A stretch of DNA of 64,000 nucleotides, from NCBI GenBank assembly GCA_035533215.1, contig DATLUG010000031.1:18420-82419 (forward strand). The letters are read 5' to 3'. This document shows positions 51,137-60,661 of the stretch, in pieces. The stretch comes from Candidatus Micrarchaeia archaeon (GTDB taxonomy: Bacteria > Chloroflexota > Dormibacteria > Aeolococcales > Bog-877). Below the pieces are notes generated by a model. It searched no databases and had not been told where the DNA came from. It was given only the letters and a program-made list of their open reading frames with translations. Position 1 is the first letter of the stretch. Each line of letters begins with the position of its first letter. Made by a program: the position numbers and the translations under genes.

Positions 51137-52705
51137 GTGCAACACACCCAGCGGAACCCACGACCGAGCGCCCCCGCCCAGGCGGTCGCCGCCTCCGCGG
51201 CGGCCGCTCCCAGGACCAGGGCGCACACCCTCGGATGGGCGGGGTGGGCCGCGCCGATCCTGATCTTCACCCTGCTGCGGGTGCCCACGCTCTTCGAGCC
51301 GCACTGGTACACCGACGAGGCCGGGTACGCCGTCACCGCCTGGCTGTCGCAGCACGGCCACACCCTCTACGGCGCGGTCTGGAACAACAAGCCCCCGCTC
51401 CTCTTCTGGACCTACGGCCTGGTCCTCGCCCTGGCCGGGCCCTCGGAGGCGGCGCTCCACCTGCTCTCGTGGCTCTCGGGCCTCGCCGCCGTTGTGGTGG
51501 TGTTTGTGATCCTCCGCTCCCGCCAGGGGCCGGTGCGGGCGGCGGTGGGGGCGGGCCTCGCCGCCGTCGTCCTCGGCACCCCCATCCTCAACGGGGACCT
51601 CGCCCTGCCCGAGAACCTTCTCATCGGCCCCTCGGCGCTGGGCGTCCTCGCGATCCTGTGGGCCGACGAGGCGGGGGAGCGCCGGCGATGGGTGGGACGG
51701 ACGGTCTGCGCGGGCGCGCTGTTCGCGACGGCGGTGCTCTACCAGCAGACCGCCCTGGACGTCGTCGCCGCCGCCACCCTGTGGCTGGCGGTCCGCCGCG
51801 GCGCCGGGGCGTGGCCCCGCGTCCTGGTCCTGCTGGGGACGATCGCGGTGCTGGTGGCGGCGGCGCTCCTGCCCTACGCGGTCCGGGTGGGACCGGGCCG
51901 GCTCGCCTTCCTGCTCGCCACCAGCTACGGCGGCTACGCCGCCAGCTCGCTGCCGCCCACCTTCCTGAACGTCGCCGTCCGGTTGGTGGAGGCGGGAGCG
52001 CTCCTGGGGGGGGCGATCGTCGCTCGCCGAATCGCCGGCTGGCGCCTGCTGGTGTGGATCTGGGCGGCCGCCTGTCTCATCGTCGCCACCCTGCCCAATC
52101 GTCCCTACCCGCACCTGGGGCTGCCGGCGGCAGCCCCGCTGGCGGTCCTGCTCGCGAGCGTCGTTCGCCCGCGGCGGCCGCGATGGCTCTCCCCGGCGCG
52201 GCTCGGCGAGGGTCTGCTGGCGGTCGCGGTCCTGCTGCCGGTCGGCATCGGCTGGTCGCTGCTCAGTCCGCCCGGTGCCTTCTACTCCCTCCCGCTCACC
52301 GGGGTCTACTACCAGAACTTCATCGGGCGCCTCACCGGGGCGGTCTCGCCGGCCCGGTTCCGCGCCGCGTTCGGGCAGGAGAACGACGCCGAGGCGGTGG
52401 CCGCCCGGTGGCTCCGAGACCAGGGCCTGGCGGGGGCGAGCGCCGTCGTCTGGTCGGCCGACGCCTGGATCGACCTCCTCGCCCCCCTGCGGCCCCAGCT
52501 GGTCACCCCCACCATCTACATGAACGAGTACTGGCTCGGCGCCGCCGGGGTGCTGGACCGGGTCGATCGGGGCCGGCCGCGGGTGATCGTCACCGACCGC
52601 TCCGCCCTGCGGCTCTGGCCCGGGGTCCGGCCGATCCTGGCCCGCTCCTACCGCGCCGCCTTCGCGACCGGCTCGGTCACGGTCTGGGTGCGGCGCTCGG
52701 GCTGA
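51137..52705 (+). CDS. GT-C fold glycosyltransferase (ArnT/PMT, GT39/83-like) membrane protein
   Basis: GTG 51137, in the frame of ORF 50735..52705. Contains PHWYTDEAGYAVTAW and NKPPLLFWTYG, with about 10 or more TM segments and a soluble C-terminal domain. Confidence 0.7.
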   Translation: MQHTQRNPRPSAPAQAVAASAAAAPRTRAHTLGWAGWAAPILIFTLLRVPTLFEPHWYTDEAGYAVTAWLSQHGHTLYGAVWNNKPPLLFWTYGLVLALAGPSEAALHLLSWLSGLAAVVVVFVILRSRQGPVRAAVGAGLAAVVLGTPILNGDLALPENLLIGPSALGVLAILWADEAGERRRWVGRTVCAGALFATAVLYQQTALDVVAAATLWLAVRRGAGAWPRVLVLLGTIAVLVAAALLPYAVRVGPGRLAFLLATSYGGYAASSLPPTFLNVAVRLVEAGALLGGAIVARRIAGWRLLVWIWAAACLIVATLPNRPYPHLGLPAAAPLAVLLASVVRPRRPRWLSPARLGEGLLAVAVLLPVGIGWSLLSPPGAFYSLPLTGVYYQNFIGRLTGAVSPARFRAAFGQENDAEAVAARWLRDQGLAGASAVVWSADAWIDLLAPLRPQLVTPTIYMNEYWLGAAGVLDRVDRGRPRVIVTDRSALRLWPGVRPILARSYRAAFATGSVTVWVRRSG

Positions 52706-52808
52706 GGTCCGGCGGAGGGCCGCCCGGGCGAGCCCCGGCGCCCCTCCGACCCGGCGCGGGCCGGTGGACCACCTCACGTCGGCGGCCGCAGGGCCGTTGA
52801 ATGCAGCG

Positions 52809-53297
52809 ATGGACGAGGTGCCGTTCCCGACCCTCTACGCCGCCCATCGGGCCGCCGTCTACCGCTACCTGGTCGCCGCCGTCGGTCCCGAGGGAGCCGA
52901 GGACTGCTTCCAGGAGACGTTCCTCGCCGCGCTCCGCGCCTTCCCCCGGCTCGTCGACCACCGCAACCTGCGCGCCTGGATCCTCACCATCGCCCACCGC
53001 AAGGCGATCGACCACCACCGGGACCGCCGCCGCCGGGGCTCGGAGCTGGCGTCCGCCACCCGGGCCGCCCGTCGTGCCGACACCGACGGGGTGGCGGCGA
53101 TCCCGGAGCCGGCCGACGAGGCCCTGTGGGCGCGGGTGCGGGCCCTGCCCAGCCGGCAGCGGACCGCCCTCACCCTCCGGGTGGTCGGCGACCTCTCGTA
53201 TGCCGCGATCGCGGCGGCGACGGGGACGTCGGCCGAGGCGTCCCGCCAGAACGTCCACCTGGCGCTCGTGCGCCTGCGCAGGGAGACTGACCGATGA
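52809..53297 (+). CDS. ECF-type sigma-70 family factor
   Basis: ATG 52809 within ORF 52764..53297. Region 2 EDCFQETFLAALRAF...LRAWILTIAHRKAID; region 4 LPSRQRTALTLRVVGDLSYAAIAAATGTSAEASRQNVHLALVRLR. Confidence 0.85.
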   Translation: MDEVPFPTLYAAHRAAVYRYLVAAVGPEGAEDCFQETFLAALRAFPRLVDHRNLRAWILTIAHRKAIDHHRDRRRRGSELASATRAARRADTDGVAAIPEPADEALWARVRALPSRQRTALTLRVVGDLSYAAIAAATGTSAEASRQNVHLALVRLRRETDR

Positions 53298-53914
53298 TCC
53301 ACATCCGCCGCGACCTCGCCGCTGCCGCCTGCCGTCTGCCGGTCCGGCCGCCCGCCGGGCTGGACGACCGGTGGCGCGACTCGGCCCAGGCGTCCGGGGC
53401 CGTCGATGTCGCCTACCACGCGTTCGACACGCCGCTCGGTCGCCTCCTGGCCGCGGTCACCCGGGTGGGGCTGGTCCGCCTCGCCTTCATCGACCATGGT
53501 GAGGACCGGGTCCTCCGCGAGCTGTCGGTCGCGGTCTCGCCCCGGCTGGTGGAGCTCCCGTCCCGCCTGGCCTCGATCCGTCGCGAGCTGGAGGCGTACG
53601 GGAGGGGGCGGATCCGGGCCTTCGACGTCGCCTGCGACTGGCAGCTGATCCGCGGGTTCGCGGAGCCGGTGCTTCGCGCCACCGGGGCGATCGCCTACGG
53701 CGAGGTCTCGACCTACGCCGCCATCGCTCGGGCGGCGGGGGTGGCCGGCGCCGCCCGGGCGGCCGGCAACGCCCTGGCCCGCAACCCGATCCCGATCATC
53801 ATCCCCTGCCACCGGGTCCTTCGGACCGGGGGCGGCCTCGGCGGGTATGCGGGGGGGCTGGAGCGAAAGCGCCTCCTGCTCCGCCTGGAGGGTCACGAGC
53901 TCGAGCTGGACTGA
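53294..53914 (+). CDS. ogt: Methylated-DNA-protein-cysteine methyltransferase (Ogt/MGMT)
   Basis: ORF track, 206 aa. Active-site motif IPCHRV, plus YGEVSTYAAIA. ATGA overlap with the sigma gene. Confidence 0.9.
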   Translation: MIHIRRDLAAAACRLPVRPPAGLDDRWRDSAQASGAVDVAYHAFDTPLGRLLAAVTRVGLVRLAFIDHGEDRVLRELSVAVSPRLVELPSRLASIRRELEAYGRGRIRAFDVACDWQLIRGFAEPVLRATGAIAYGEVSTYAAIARAAGVAGAARAAGNALARNPIPIIIPCHRVLRTGGGLGGYAGGLERKRLLLRLEGHELELD

Positions 53915-54002
53915 GGGCGGGGGTGAGGCCCGCCCGTCCGCGGCGCCGGTCCGGGGGCGGCCCGCCCGGGGTGATCGGGACCCCCGGCTATCCTGGGCGC
54001 GG

Positions 54003-55838
54003 ATGCTCCACCGCGACGACCTCCGCAACGTGGCGATCGTCGCCCATGTCGACCACGGCAAGACCACCCTGGTCGACGCCATGCTCCGGCAGACGGGCGC
54101 GTTCCGCCTCAACCAGGAGGTGAGCGATCGGGTGCTGGACTCGGGCGACCTGGAGCGGGAGAAGGGCATCACCATCCTCGCCAAGCACATCGCGGTCCAG
54201 GTCGGCACCACCACCATCACCATCGTCGACACCCCCGGGCACGCCGACTTCGGCGGTGAGGTGGAGCGGGCGCTGGCGATGGTCGACGGGGTGCTCCTGC
54301 TGGTCGACGCATCCGAGGGGCCGCTGCCCCAGACCCGCTTCGTGCTCCGCAAGGCCCTGGAGGCGAGGCTGGCGGTGGTGGTGGTGGTGAACAAGGTGGA
54401 TCGCGCCGACGCCCGCGTCGCGGAGGTGGTCCGGGAGGTGGAGGAGCTCTTCCTCGACCTCGACGCCGACGAGGACCAGATCGGCTTCCCGATCCTCTAT
54501 GCCAACGCCCGGGCCGGTTGGGCCGCGAGCGAGCCGGGCGTGGTCGGGACCGACCTCGGCCCCCTCTTCGCCGCCATCCTCGCCAACATCCCGGCGCCGA
54601 CCCACGACCCGGACCATCCCCTCCAGGCCCTGGTCACCAACCTCGACGCCTCCCCCTACGTCGGCCGGCTGGCGGTCTGCCGCGTCCACCACGGCACCAT
54701 CCGCCGTGGCCAGATGGTGGCCTGGTGCCGGGTCGACGGCACCGTCCAGCGGGCCCGCGTCACCGAGCTCTACCAGTCCCGGGCCCTCGATCGCGTCGAC
54801 GTCGACGCCGCCGGTCCGGGCGCCATCGTGGTGGTGGCGGGCTTTCCCGAGATCTCGATCGGGGAGACCCTCGCCGATCCCGACGACCCCCGGCCGCTGC
54901 CCGCCCTGCTGGTCGACGAGCCCAGCCTGGCGGTCACGATCGGGATCAACTCCTCGCCGCTGGCGGGGGCGGACGGGAGCCGCCTCACCGCGCGGCTGGT
55001 CAAGGGTCGGCTCGACCAGGAGCTGGTGGGCAACGTGGCGCTCCGGGTGCTGCCGACCGGGAGACCCGACACCTGGGAGGTGCAGGGCCGTGGCGAGCTG
55101 CAGCTGGCGGTCCTGGTCGAGACCATGCGGCGGGAGGGATTCGAGCTCACCGTGGGCAAGCCCCAGGTGGTGACGCGCACCATCGACGGTCGGCTGCACG
55201 AGCCGATGGAGCGACTCGCCGTCGACGTCCCGGAGGCGTACCTGGGGGTGGTGACGCAGCTGCTGGCGCTGCGGCGCGGGAGCCTCCTCGAGATCGTCAA
55301 CCACGGCACCGGCTGGGTGCGGATGGGCTACCGCATCCCCGCCCGCGGATTGGTCGGCTTCCGCACCGAGTTCCTGGTCGAGACCCGCGGCACCGGCCTC
55401 CTCCACAGTGTGTTCGACGGCCTGGAGCCCTGGCACGGCGAGCTCCGCACCCGACGCAACGGCTCCATGGTGGCGGACCGCCGCGGGCTGGCCACCACCA
55501 CCGCGCTGATGGCGCTCGGCGAGCGCGGCACGATGCTGATCGGACCCGGCACCGAGGTCTACGAGGGGATGGTGGTGGGCGAGAACGCCCGCCTCGACGA
55601 GATGGACGTCAACCCGACCCGGGAGAAGAAGCTCACCAACGTCCGCAGCTCCACCGGCGATGAGCTGGAGCGGCTCACCCCCCATCTGCAGCTCTCCCTG
55701 GAGCAGGCGCTCGACTTCATCGCCGAGGACGAGTGCGTCGAGGTCACCCCCCGGGCGGTGCGGCTGCGCAAGGTGGTCCTCGACCAGCAGGTGCGGGGGC
55801 GCCAGCGCGGCCGGTCCCGGCGCGATGCCACCGGCTGA
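54003..55838 (+). CDS. typA: Translational GTPase TypA/BipA
   Basis: ATG 54003 within ORF 53847..55838. Motifs AHVDHGKTTL, DTPGHADFGGEVER and NKVDR. Confidence 0.95.
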   Translation: MLHRDDLRNVAIVAHVDHGKTTLVDAMLRQTGAFRLNQEVSDRVLDSGDLEREKGITILAKHIAVQVGTTTITIVDTPGHADFGGEVERALAMVDGVLLLVDASEGPLPQTRFVLRKALEARLAVVVVVNKVDRADARVAEVVREVEELFLDLDADEDQIGFPILYANARAGWAASEPGVVGTDLGPLFAAILANIPAPTHDPDHPLQALVTNLDASPYVGRLAVCRVHHGTIRRGQMVAWCRVDGTVQRARVTELYQSRALDRVDVDAAGPGAIVVVAGFPEISIGETLADPDDPRPLPALLVDEPSLAVTIGINSSPLAGADGSRLTARLVKGRLDQELVGNVALRVLPTGRPDTWEVQGRGELQLAVLVETMRREGFELTVGKPQVVTRTIDGRLHEPMERLAVDVPEAYLGVVTQLLALRRGSLLEIVNHGTGWVRMGYRIPARGLVGFRTEFLVETRGTGLLHSVFDGLEPWHGELRTRRNGSMVADRRGLATTTALMALGERGTMLIGPGTEVYEGMVVGENARLDEMDVNPTREKKLTNVRSSTGDELERLTPHLQLSLEQALDFIAEDECVEVTPRAVRLRKVVLDQQVRGRQRGRSRRDATG

Positions 55839-55970
55839 GCCGGTGCCGCACCGAGCCGCTGCGACCAGCCGATCTCGAGCTCGCCCGGCACCCGACGGTC
55901 TTCGCTGGCTCGAGCCGCCTGCGATCACCCGGAGCTGCTCGGTCTGGAGGGGAAGCCGCCGACGGGTCGC

Positions 55971-56006
55971 GTCCCACCCGGACGGCCGCGGCCGTCCGGG
56001 TGGGAC
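55971..56006. terminator. 36-nt perfect palindrome (hairpin) downstream of typA
   Basis: GTCCCACCCGGACGGCCGCGGCCGTCCGGGTGGGAC is its own reverse complement. It lies 133 nt after the typA stop. No U-tract. Confidence 0.4.
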
Positions 56007-56436
56007 GGCCTGGGCCGCCGGCCGTCCCGGCACCCAGAGGGCGACGGGCGCGGGCTCCATCGCGCCTGTGACCACCTGGGAGCGGGTCGCCGGCACCAAG
56101 GTCCAGCGGACCGCATCTCGGGCCGCCATGCGAAGGCGGTCTGGCGTTGGCGCCGGGTGGGATGACGTGGCGGTCGGCACGCCCCGCCGGCGGCGACGCA
56201 GCGGATTGAGGAGTGGGGCAGGAGTCGACGGGACCGGGCGGTGATCGGCGCCCGCCATTCGAGCCCTGGTCGTGGGCGCCGCGTGCGGGAGCTGGCCGAC
56301 CCTGTCGCTCGGTGACCGAGCTGCCCTGTGGTCAGGACGAGGGGATCGCGCCCGGGGGTGACGACCCAGCTGGTGGCCGTGGCTGCCTCCCTGCGATCGA
56401 GCGGCCGAGCCGGGGCGGGCGAGCTGGCCAGGTGCC

Positions 56437-56465
56437 TTGACCCGTAGATATATTACCGGCATACT
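56437..56465 (+). promoter_or_regulatory. Promoter of the GntR gene (-35 TTGACC, 17 nt, -10 CATACT) with an embedded GT-N9-AC operator-like motif
   Basis: TTGACC at 56437-56442, CATACT at 56460-56465. The GTG start at 56472 implies a leaderless or near-leaderless mRNA. The AT-rich spacer is GTAGATATATTAC. Confidence 0.45.
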
Positions 56466-56471
56466 GCCGAT

Positions 56472-57128
56472 GTGCTAGCCACTGCCCCGAGAGCCGGCCG
56501 CCTGAGCGATCAGGCGTACGGCCAACTCCGAGACCTGATCGTGAGCCTCCAGCTGGAGCCGGGGGCCCTGATCGCCGAGCGCGAGACGATGGCAGCTCTG
56601 GGCGTCGGCCGGACCCCCCTGCGAGAGGCCATTCATCGGCTCGCCCACGAGGGGCTGGTCGATGTGGTTCCCCGTCGCGGCTCCTTTGTCTCGCACGTCA
56701 GCCTCACGGACCTCACCCACGTCTTCGAACTGCGCCAAGCGATCGAGGGGCTATCAGCCCGCCTCGCGGCTGAGCGGGCCACCAACCAGGACCGGGCGGC
56801 CCTGGTCGTGTTTCTCCGCGAAGCGCGCCAGCGTGTGAGCCAACCAGACGAAGCTGCGCATCTTGCGATGGACCGGCGGTTCCACTCCCTCGTCGCGACA
56901 GCCACGCGAAACCAATACCTCCGCGACGACGTGGACAGGCTATTTGCGCTCAGCGTGCGGATCCAGCGCTTGTCCGACGTCCCCATCACCACCATTGAGC
57001 ACGAACTCATCAACTACGAAGGGGTGGTGTCCGCCATCACCCAGGGCACACCCGACGATGCGGAGCAGTGGATGTGTCGTCATCTCGATCCCTCGGATCC
57101 GTCCCTCCATCGCCGGAGGCCCCGATGA
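56472..57128 (+). CDS. GntR-family transcriptional regulator (FadR/FCD subfamily)
   Basis: ORF track, 218 aa. wHTH segment LGVGRTPLREAIHRLAHEGLVDVVPRRGSFV, with an all-helical C-terminal FCD-like domain. Confidence 0.85.
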   Translation: MLATAPRAGRLSDQAYGQLRDLIVSLQLEPGALIAERETMAALGVGRTPLREAIHRLAHEGLVDVVPRRGSFVSHVSLTDLTHVFELRQAIEGLSARLAAERATNQDRAALVVFLREARQRVSQPDEAAHLAMDRRFHSLVATATRNQYLRDDVDRLFALSVRIQRLSDVPITTIEHELINYEGVVSAITQGTPDDAEQWMCRHLDPSDPSLHRRRPR

Positions 57129-57135
57129 CACCGCG

Positions 57136-58032
57136 ATGCGACGGAAGATGAGCGCCATCAGGATTGCCGTCGCCCAGATGGAGGCCTCCGAAGACAAGGC
57201 GTCCAACCGCGACGTCGTGGCGCGGCTCTGCCGGTGCGCCGCCCGCGGTGGTGCATCGCTGTGCTTGTTCCCAGAGGAGGCGATGGTCAGCCTCTATGGC
57301 GGAGCGCGGCCCGCCGACACCGCGGAGTCCATGCGCGGCGCATTCGTATCCCTGCTCCGCTCGCTGGCGCTCGAACATGACATGACGATCGTGGCCGGCA
57401 TGCACGAGCGGCTGCGCGGCAGCGATCGGGCCTACAACACGATCGTGGTCGTCGGAGCCAGAGGCGACGTCCTGCACCGCTACCGCAAGCTCCACCTGTA
57501 CGACGCCTTCGGCTATTGTGAATCGGACCAAATCGTGCCTGGGGACGGCCCCCTGGTGGTCTTCGACGTCGAGCCTTTTCGACTCGGCCTGCTCAACTGC
57601 TACGACCTGCGCTTTCCAGAGGTGACGCGCCTGCTCGTAGAGTCGCGGGCTGACGTCCTGCTTGTCCCGGCCGCCTGGCAGCGCGGTCCACTCAAAGAGG
57701 ATCATTGGCGCACCCTCGTCCGCGCGCGCGCCATCGAGAACACCTGCTGGATCCTCGCCGCCGGACAGGCCGGCGAACACTGCATTGGCCTGAGCATGGT
57801 GGTGGACCCCCTGGGAGTGGTCCGGGCACAGCTCGGTGAGGAGCGAGAAGGAGTCGTCATTCATGACATCGACACGGAACGCATCGCCGTCAGCCGGCGA
57901 CTCCTCCCGGGGCTTGACCAGCGCCGGTACCGCGTCGACCCCACCGTTCAATCTCTGCCGAAGGCGAGCCGCGCTCTCGCTGCACCGGCGCCATCGCCCA
58001 CAATGCATGCGATCCAGACTGCCGCTCGCTAG
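57136..58032 (+). CDS. Carbon-nitrogen hydrolase (nitrilase superfamily)
   Basis: ATG 57136, in the frame of ORF 56863..58032. Glu-Lys-Cys triad context: LFPEE, YRKLHLYD and LLNCYDLRFPE. Confidence 0.85.
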   Translation: MRRKMSAIRIAVAQMEASEDKASNRDVVARLCRCAARGGASLCLFPEEAMVSLYGGARPADTAESMRGAFVSLLRSLALEHDMTIVAGMHERLRGSDRAYNTIVVVGARGDVLHRYRKLHLYDAFGYCESDQIVPGDGPLVVFDVEPFRLGLLNCYDLRFPEVTRLLVESRADVLLVPAAWQRGPLKEDHWRTLVRARAIENTCWILAAGQAGEHCIGLSMVVDPLGVVRAQLGEEREGVVIHDIDTERIAVSRRLLPGLDQRRYRVDPTVQSLPKASRALAAPAPSPTMHAIQTAAR

Positions 58033-58062
58033 GCTCAGGCAAGGCCAACTGGAGGGAATACG

Positions 58063-59916
58063 ATGATGTTGTCTTGGCCACGAAGGATGGGCCGACGAGC
58101 GCGTCCCACCCTGATCCGAAGTCGGCTGGCCCGAGGGATACTCCTCACCGCGGCCATCGCCATTGGGGTTGGAAGCGCATCCGCCGCCACTGCCCGCTCT
58201 CACGCAACGGCACATGGCGGCGTCGCGACTTTCGCGATGACGGCGGGGTTCAAGCCCGTCTGGATATTCCCCGTGGTCAACGCACCGAACGACTTCTACA
58301 CGAGCGTCAACGACTTCCTGAATCAGATGTATCCGCCCCTCTATGCGATCGGGGCTAATGGCCAGGACACGTTCAATCCAAGTCAGAGCCTAGCCTATCC
58401 GCCCATCTACTCGAACGGCGGAAAGACCGTCACCATCAGACTGAAGCACTATGTTTGGTCGGACGGCCACCCCCTGACGAGTCGGGACGTGGAGTTCTTC
58501 CTGAAGCTCGTCACCGCCAACAAGGCGGAATGGGCGAACTACGCGCCTGGCCTGATCCCGGACAGCATAGCCAGAGCGACATGGACAAGTCCGAGCGAGT
58601 TCAGCCTCACCTTCCGGCATGCCTACAGCCACCTCTGGCTGCTGTACAACCAACTCAGCGAGATCATCCCGCTACCCCAGTTCCTCTGGGACAAGACCTC
58701 CACCGCCGGCCCCATTCGCAACTACGACATGACCACGAAGGGCGCGGTGGCCGTCTACAAGTTCCTCGCCGCCCAGTCCGCCGACACCGCCGCCTATGGG
58801 TCCAACCCGCTCTGGCGGGTGGTTGACGGGCCCTGGGTGCTCAAGGACTACGTGGCCGCCACCGGCGAGAGCACGTTTGTCCCGAACCGTCGCTATTCTG
58901 GTCCCGTCCACCCCAGACTCGCAGAGTTTCGCATCCTGACGTACACATCGGCGACGGCTGAGTTCGATGCCCTACGAGGAGGGCAGGTGGACTACGGCTA
59001 CCTGCCGATCGAGGACGTTGGCCTGATGCCATCCCTGAAGCGGGCAGGCTACACCGTGGTGCCATGGCAGTGGCTGGCGATCAACTACATGAAGGTGGAC
59101 TACACGAGCCCGCCAACCAAGCAGATCATGGACAAGGCATACGTTCGTCAGGCGATCGCCCACCTCATCAATCAGCCGCAGTACATACGCGCCATCTTCC
59201 ATGGATATGCCACCCCAGACTACGGTCCCGTGCCCCAGACGGCCGGGATCCTGGCTGACCAGTTCGAGCGGCACGATCCGTATCCATTCAACATCCGAGC
59301 CGCGACCGCCTTGCTGCGCAGCCACGGATGGGCCATCCATCCAAACGGAGCCGACACCTGTGCGCGAGCCGGGACGGCGGCGGTCGACTGTGGCGCGGGG
59401 ATCAAGGCGGGAACCCCGCTTCGCCTCCGCCTCCTCTATGGAAACACGACCCAGCAGGTGATCCAAATGGCTGAAGCCATTCAGTCGGCGGGGTCGAAGG
59501 CCGGGATCACCCTGGATCTGCAACCTCACAACGACACCGAGTTGTATGCACTCGAGGGCCGCTGCCCGATGGCGCCTCCGTGCAATTGGGACCTGTTGAC
59601 ATTCTCTGGCAGCGCCATGTGGAACTTCTCATCCCCGACCAACCTGCCGACCGGTGAGGGGCTCTTCAATACCGGGGCCTTGTATGCTGGCGGCTACAGC
59701 GACCCGCACACCGATGCCCTGATCAACCGGACGCATATGGTCACCAGCGTGAGTGCCATGTATGCGTATGAGAACTATCTCGCCCGCCAGCTGCCAGTGA
59801 TCTTCCTGCCGGTGCCGGTGCTCCAGATCTCGGTGATCAGCAAGCACCTGCACGGCGTGTTGCCCCAGAGTGTGCTGCAGGGCATCAATCCTGCCGGTTG
59901 GTCGTTGACCAAGTAG
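58063..59916 (+). CDS. ABC transporter substrate-binding protein, family 5 (peptide/nickel/opine type)
   Basis: ORF track, 617 aa, with SD GGAGGG. Signal peptide with an Arg-rich n-region. SBP_bac_5-like strings LYAIGANGQ, VTIRLKHYVWSDGHPLTSRDV. No permease or ATPase genes nearby. Confidence 0.85.
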   Translation: MMLSWPRRMGRRARPTLIRSRLARGILLTAAIAIGVGSASAATARSHATAHGGVATFAMTAGFKPVWIFPVVNAPNDFYTSVNDFLNQMYPPLYAIGANGQDTFNPSQSLAYPPIYSNGGKTVTIRLKHYVWSDGHPLTSRDVEFFLKLVTANKAEWANYAPGLIPDSIARATWTSPSEFSLTFRHAYSHLWLLYNQLSEIIPLPQFLWDKTSTAGPIRNYDMTTKGAVAVYKFLAAQSADTAAYGSNPLWRVVDGPWVLKDYVAATGESTFVPNRRYSGPVHPRLAEFRILTYTSATAEFDALRGGQVDYGYLPIEDVGLMPSLKRAGYTVVPWQWLAINYMKVDYTSPPTKQIMDKAYVRQAIAHLINQPQYIRAIFHGYATPDYGPVPQTAGILADQFERHDPYPFNIRAATALLRSHGWAIHPNGADTCARAGTAAVDCGAGIKAGTPLRLRLLYGNTTQQVIQMAEAIQSAGSKAGITLDLQPHNDTELYALEGRCPMAPPCNWDLLTFSGSAMWNFSSPTNLPTGEGLFNTGALYAGGYSDPHTDALINRTHMVTSVSAMYAYENYLARQLPVIFLPVPVLQISVISKHLHGVLPQSVLQGINPAGWSLTK

Positions 59917-59992
59917 GGCGTCGAGGGGTCCGGCCGCGCCGCCGTGCGGCCGGACCCGCTGGTGAGTCGCGGCGGGCCCTTTGGGAGTGCAG

Positions 59993-60661
59993 ATGTTCAG
60001 ACTGGCGCCACTGGCGAGGCGCCCTGATGCCTCGCTGATCGACTCCATGCGGAATCTGAGTCCATCGACCTTGGGACACTACACGGACATGGGGTTCATC
60101 CGAGGGCTTCAACCGAATCTGCCACGATTCAAGATGGTCGGCCGCGCCGTGACCGTGCGGCTGCCGCATCTGGACTCGACGGCGCTCCACTATGCGCTTG
60201 ACGTGGTGGAAGCTGGAGACGTGGTCGTGGTCGACCAGTCGGGGGATTCGGGGCGAGCCTGCTGGGGCGGCATCGTGAGTGTGGCGGCGAAGCAGCGGGG
60301 CGTAGTCGGGGCGATCGTCGATGGGCCGATCACTGACGTGTTCGAGGTCGCCGAGCTCGGATTGCCCGTCTACTCGCGGGGGGTGGCCGCGGTGACCACC
60401 CGCATCCTGGGCTTGGAGGGGGCGGTCAACGTGCCGGTTACGGTGGGTGGGGTGACCGTGATTCCGGGGGATCTGATTTTTGGCGACGAGAACGGCGTGG
60501 TCGCGCTGAGCACGTCCGCCGCGATGGAATGGGTGTCGGTGTTGGCCGCCGACGAGGCGGAGGAGCCAGCCTGGCGAGGGCGGCTCGAGGCCGGAGTCTC
60601 GTTGGCCGAGCTGAGTGGAGCGAAGGCGCTGTTCGAGAAGGGAATGGTGACGGGGCGGTGA
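59993..60661 (+). CDS. RraA-like / 4-hydroxy-4-methyl-2-oxoglutarate aldolase family protein
   Basis: ATG 59993 (SD GGGAG) within ORF 59981..60661. Contains GDVVVVDQSGDSGRACWGGIVSVAAKQRGVVGAIVDGPITD. Confidence 0.8.
   Translation: MFRLAPLARRPDASLIDSMRNLSPSTLGHYTDMGFIRGLQPNLPRFKMVGRAVTVRLPHLDSTALHYALDVVEAGDVVVVDQSGDSGRACWGGIVSVAAKQRGVVGAIVDGPITDVFEVAELGLPVYSRGVAAVTTRILGLEGAVNVPVTVGGVTVIPGDLIFGDENGVVALSTSAAMEWVSVLAADEAEEPAWRGRLEAGVSLAELSGAKALFEKGMVTGR

Noticed and set aside
56411-56424. CGGGGCGGGCGAGC considered as the att-like copy of the tRNA-Gln 3' end
   Set aside because: It has only an 8-nt GC-rich match (GGGGCGGG), which is expected by chance at this composition. The 56214-56228 match is longer and was kept as a tentative candidate.
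53988-56462. 824-aa minus-strand ORF
   Set aside because: Most of it is antisense to typA. The part in the gene-free stretch 55839-56436 shows no motif in this or any other frame.
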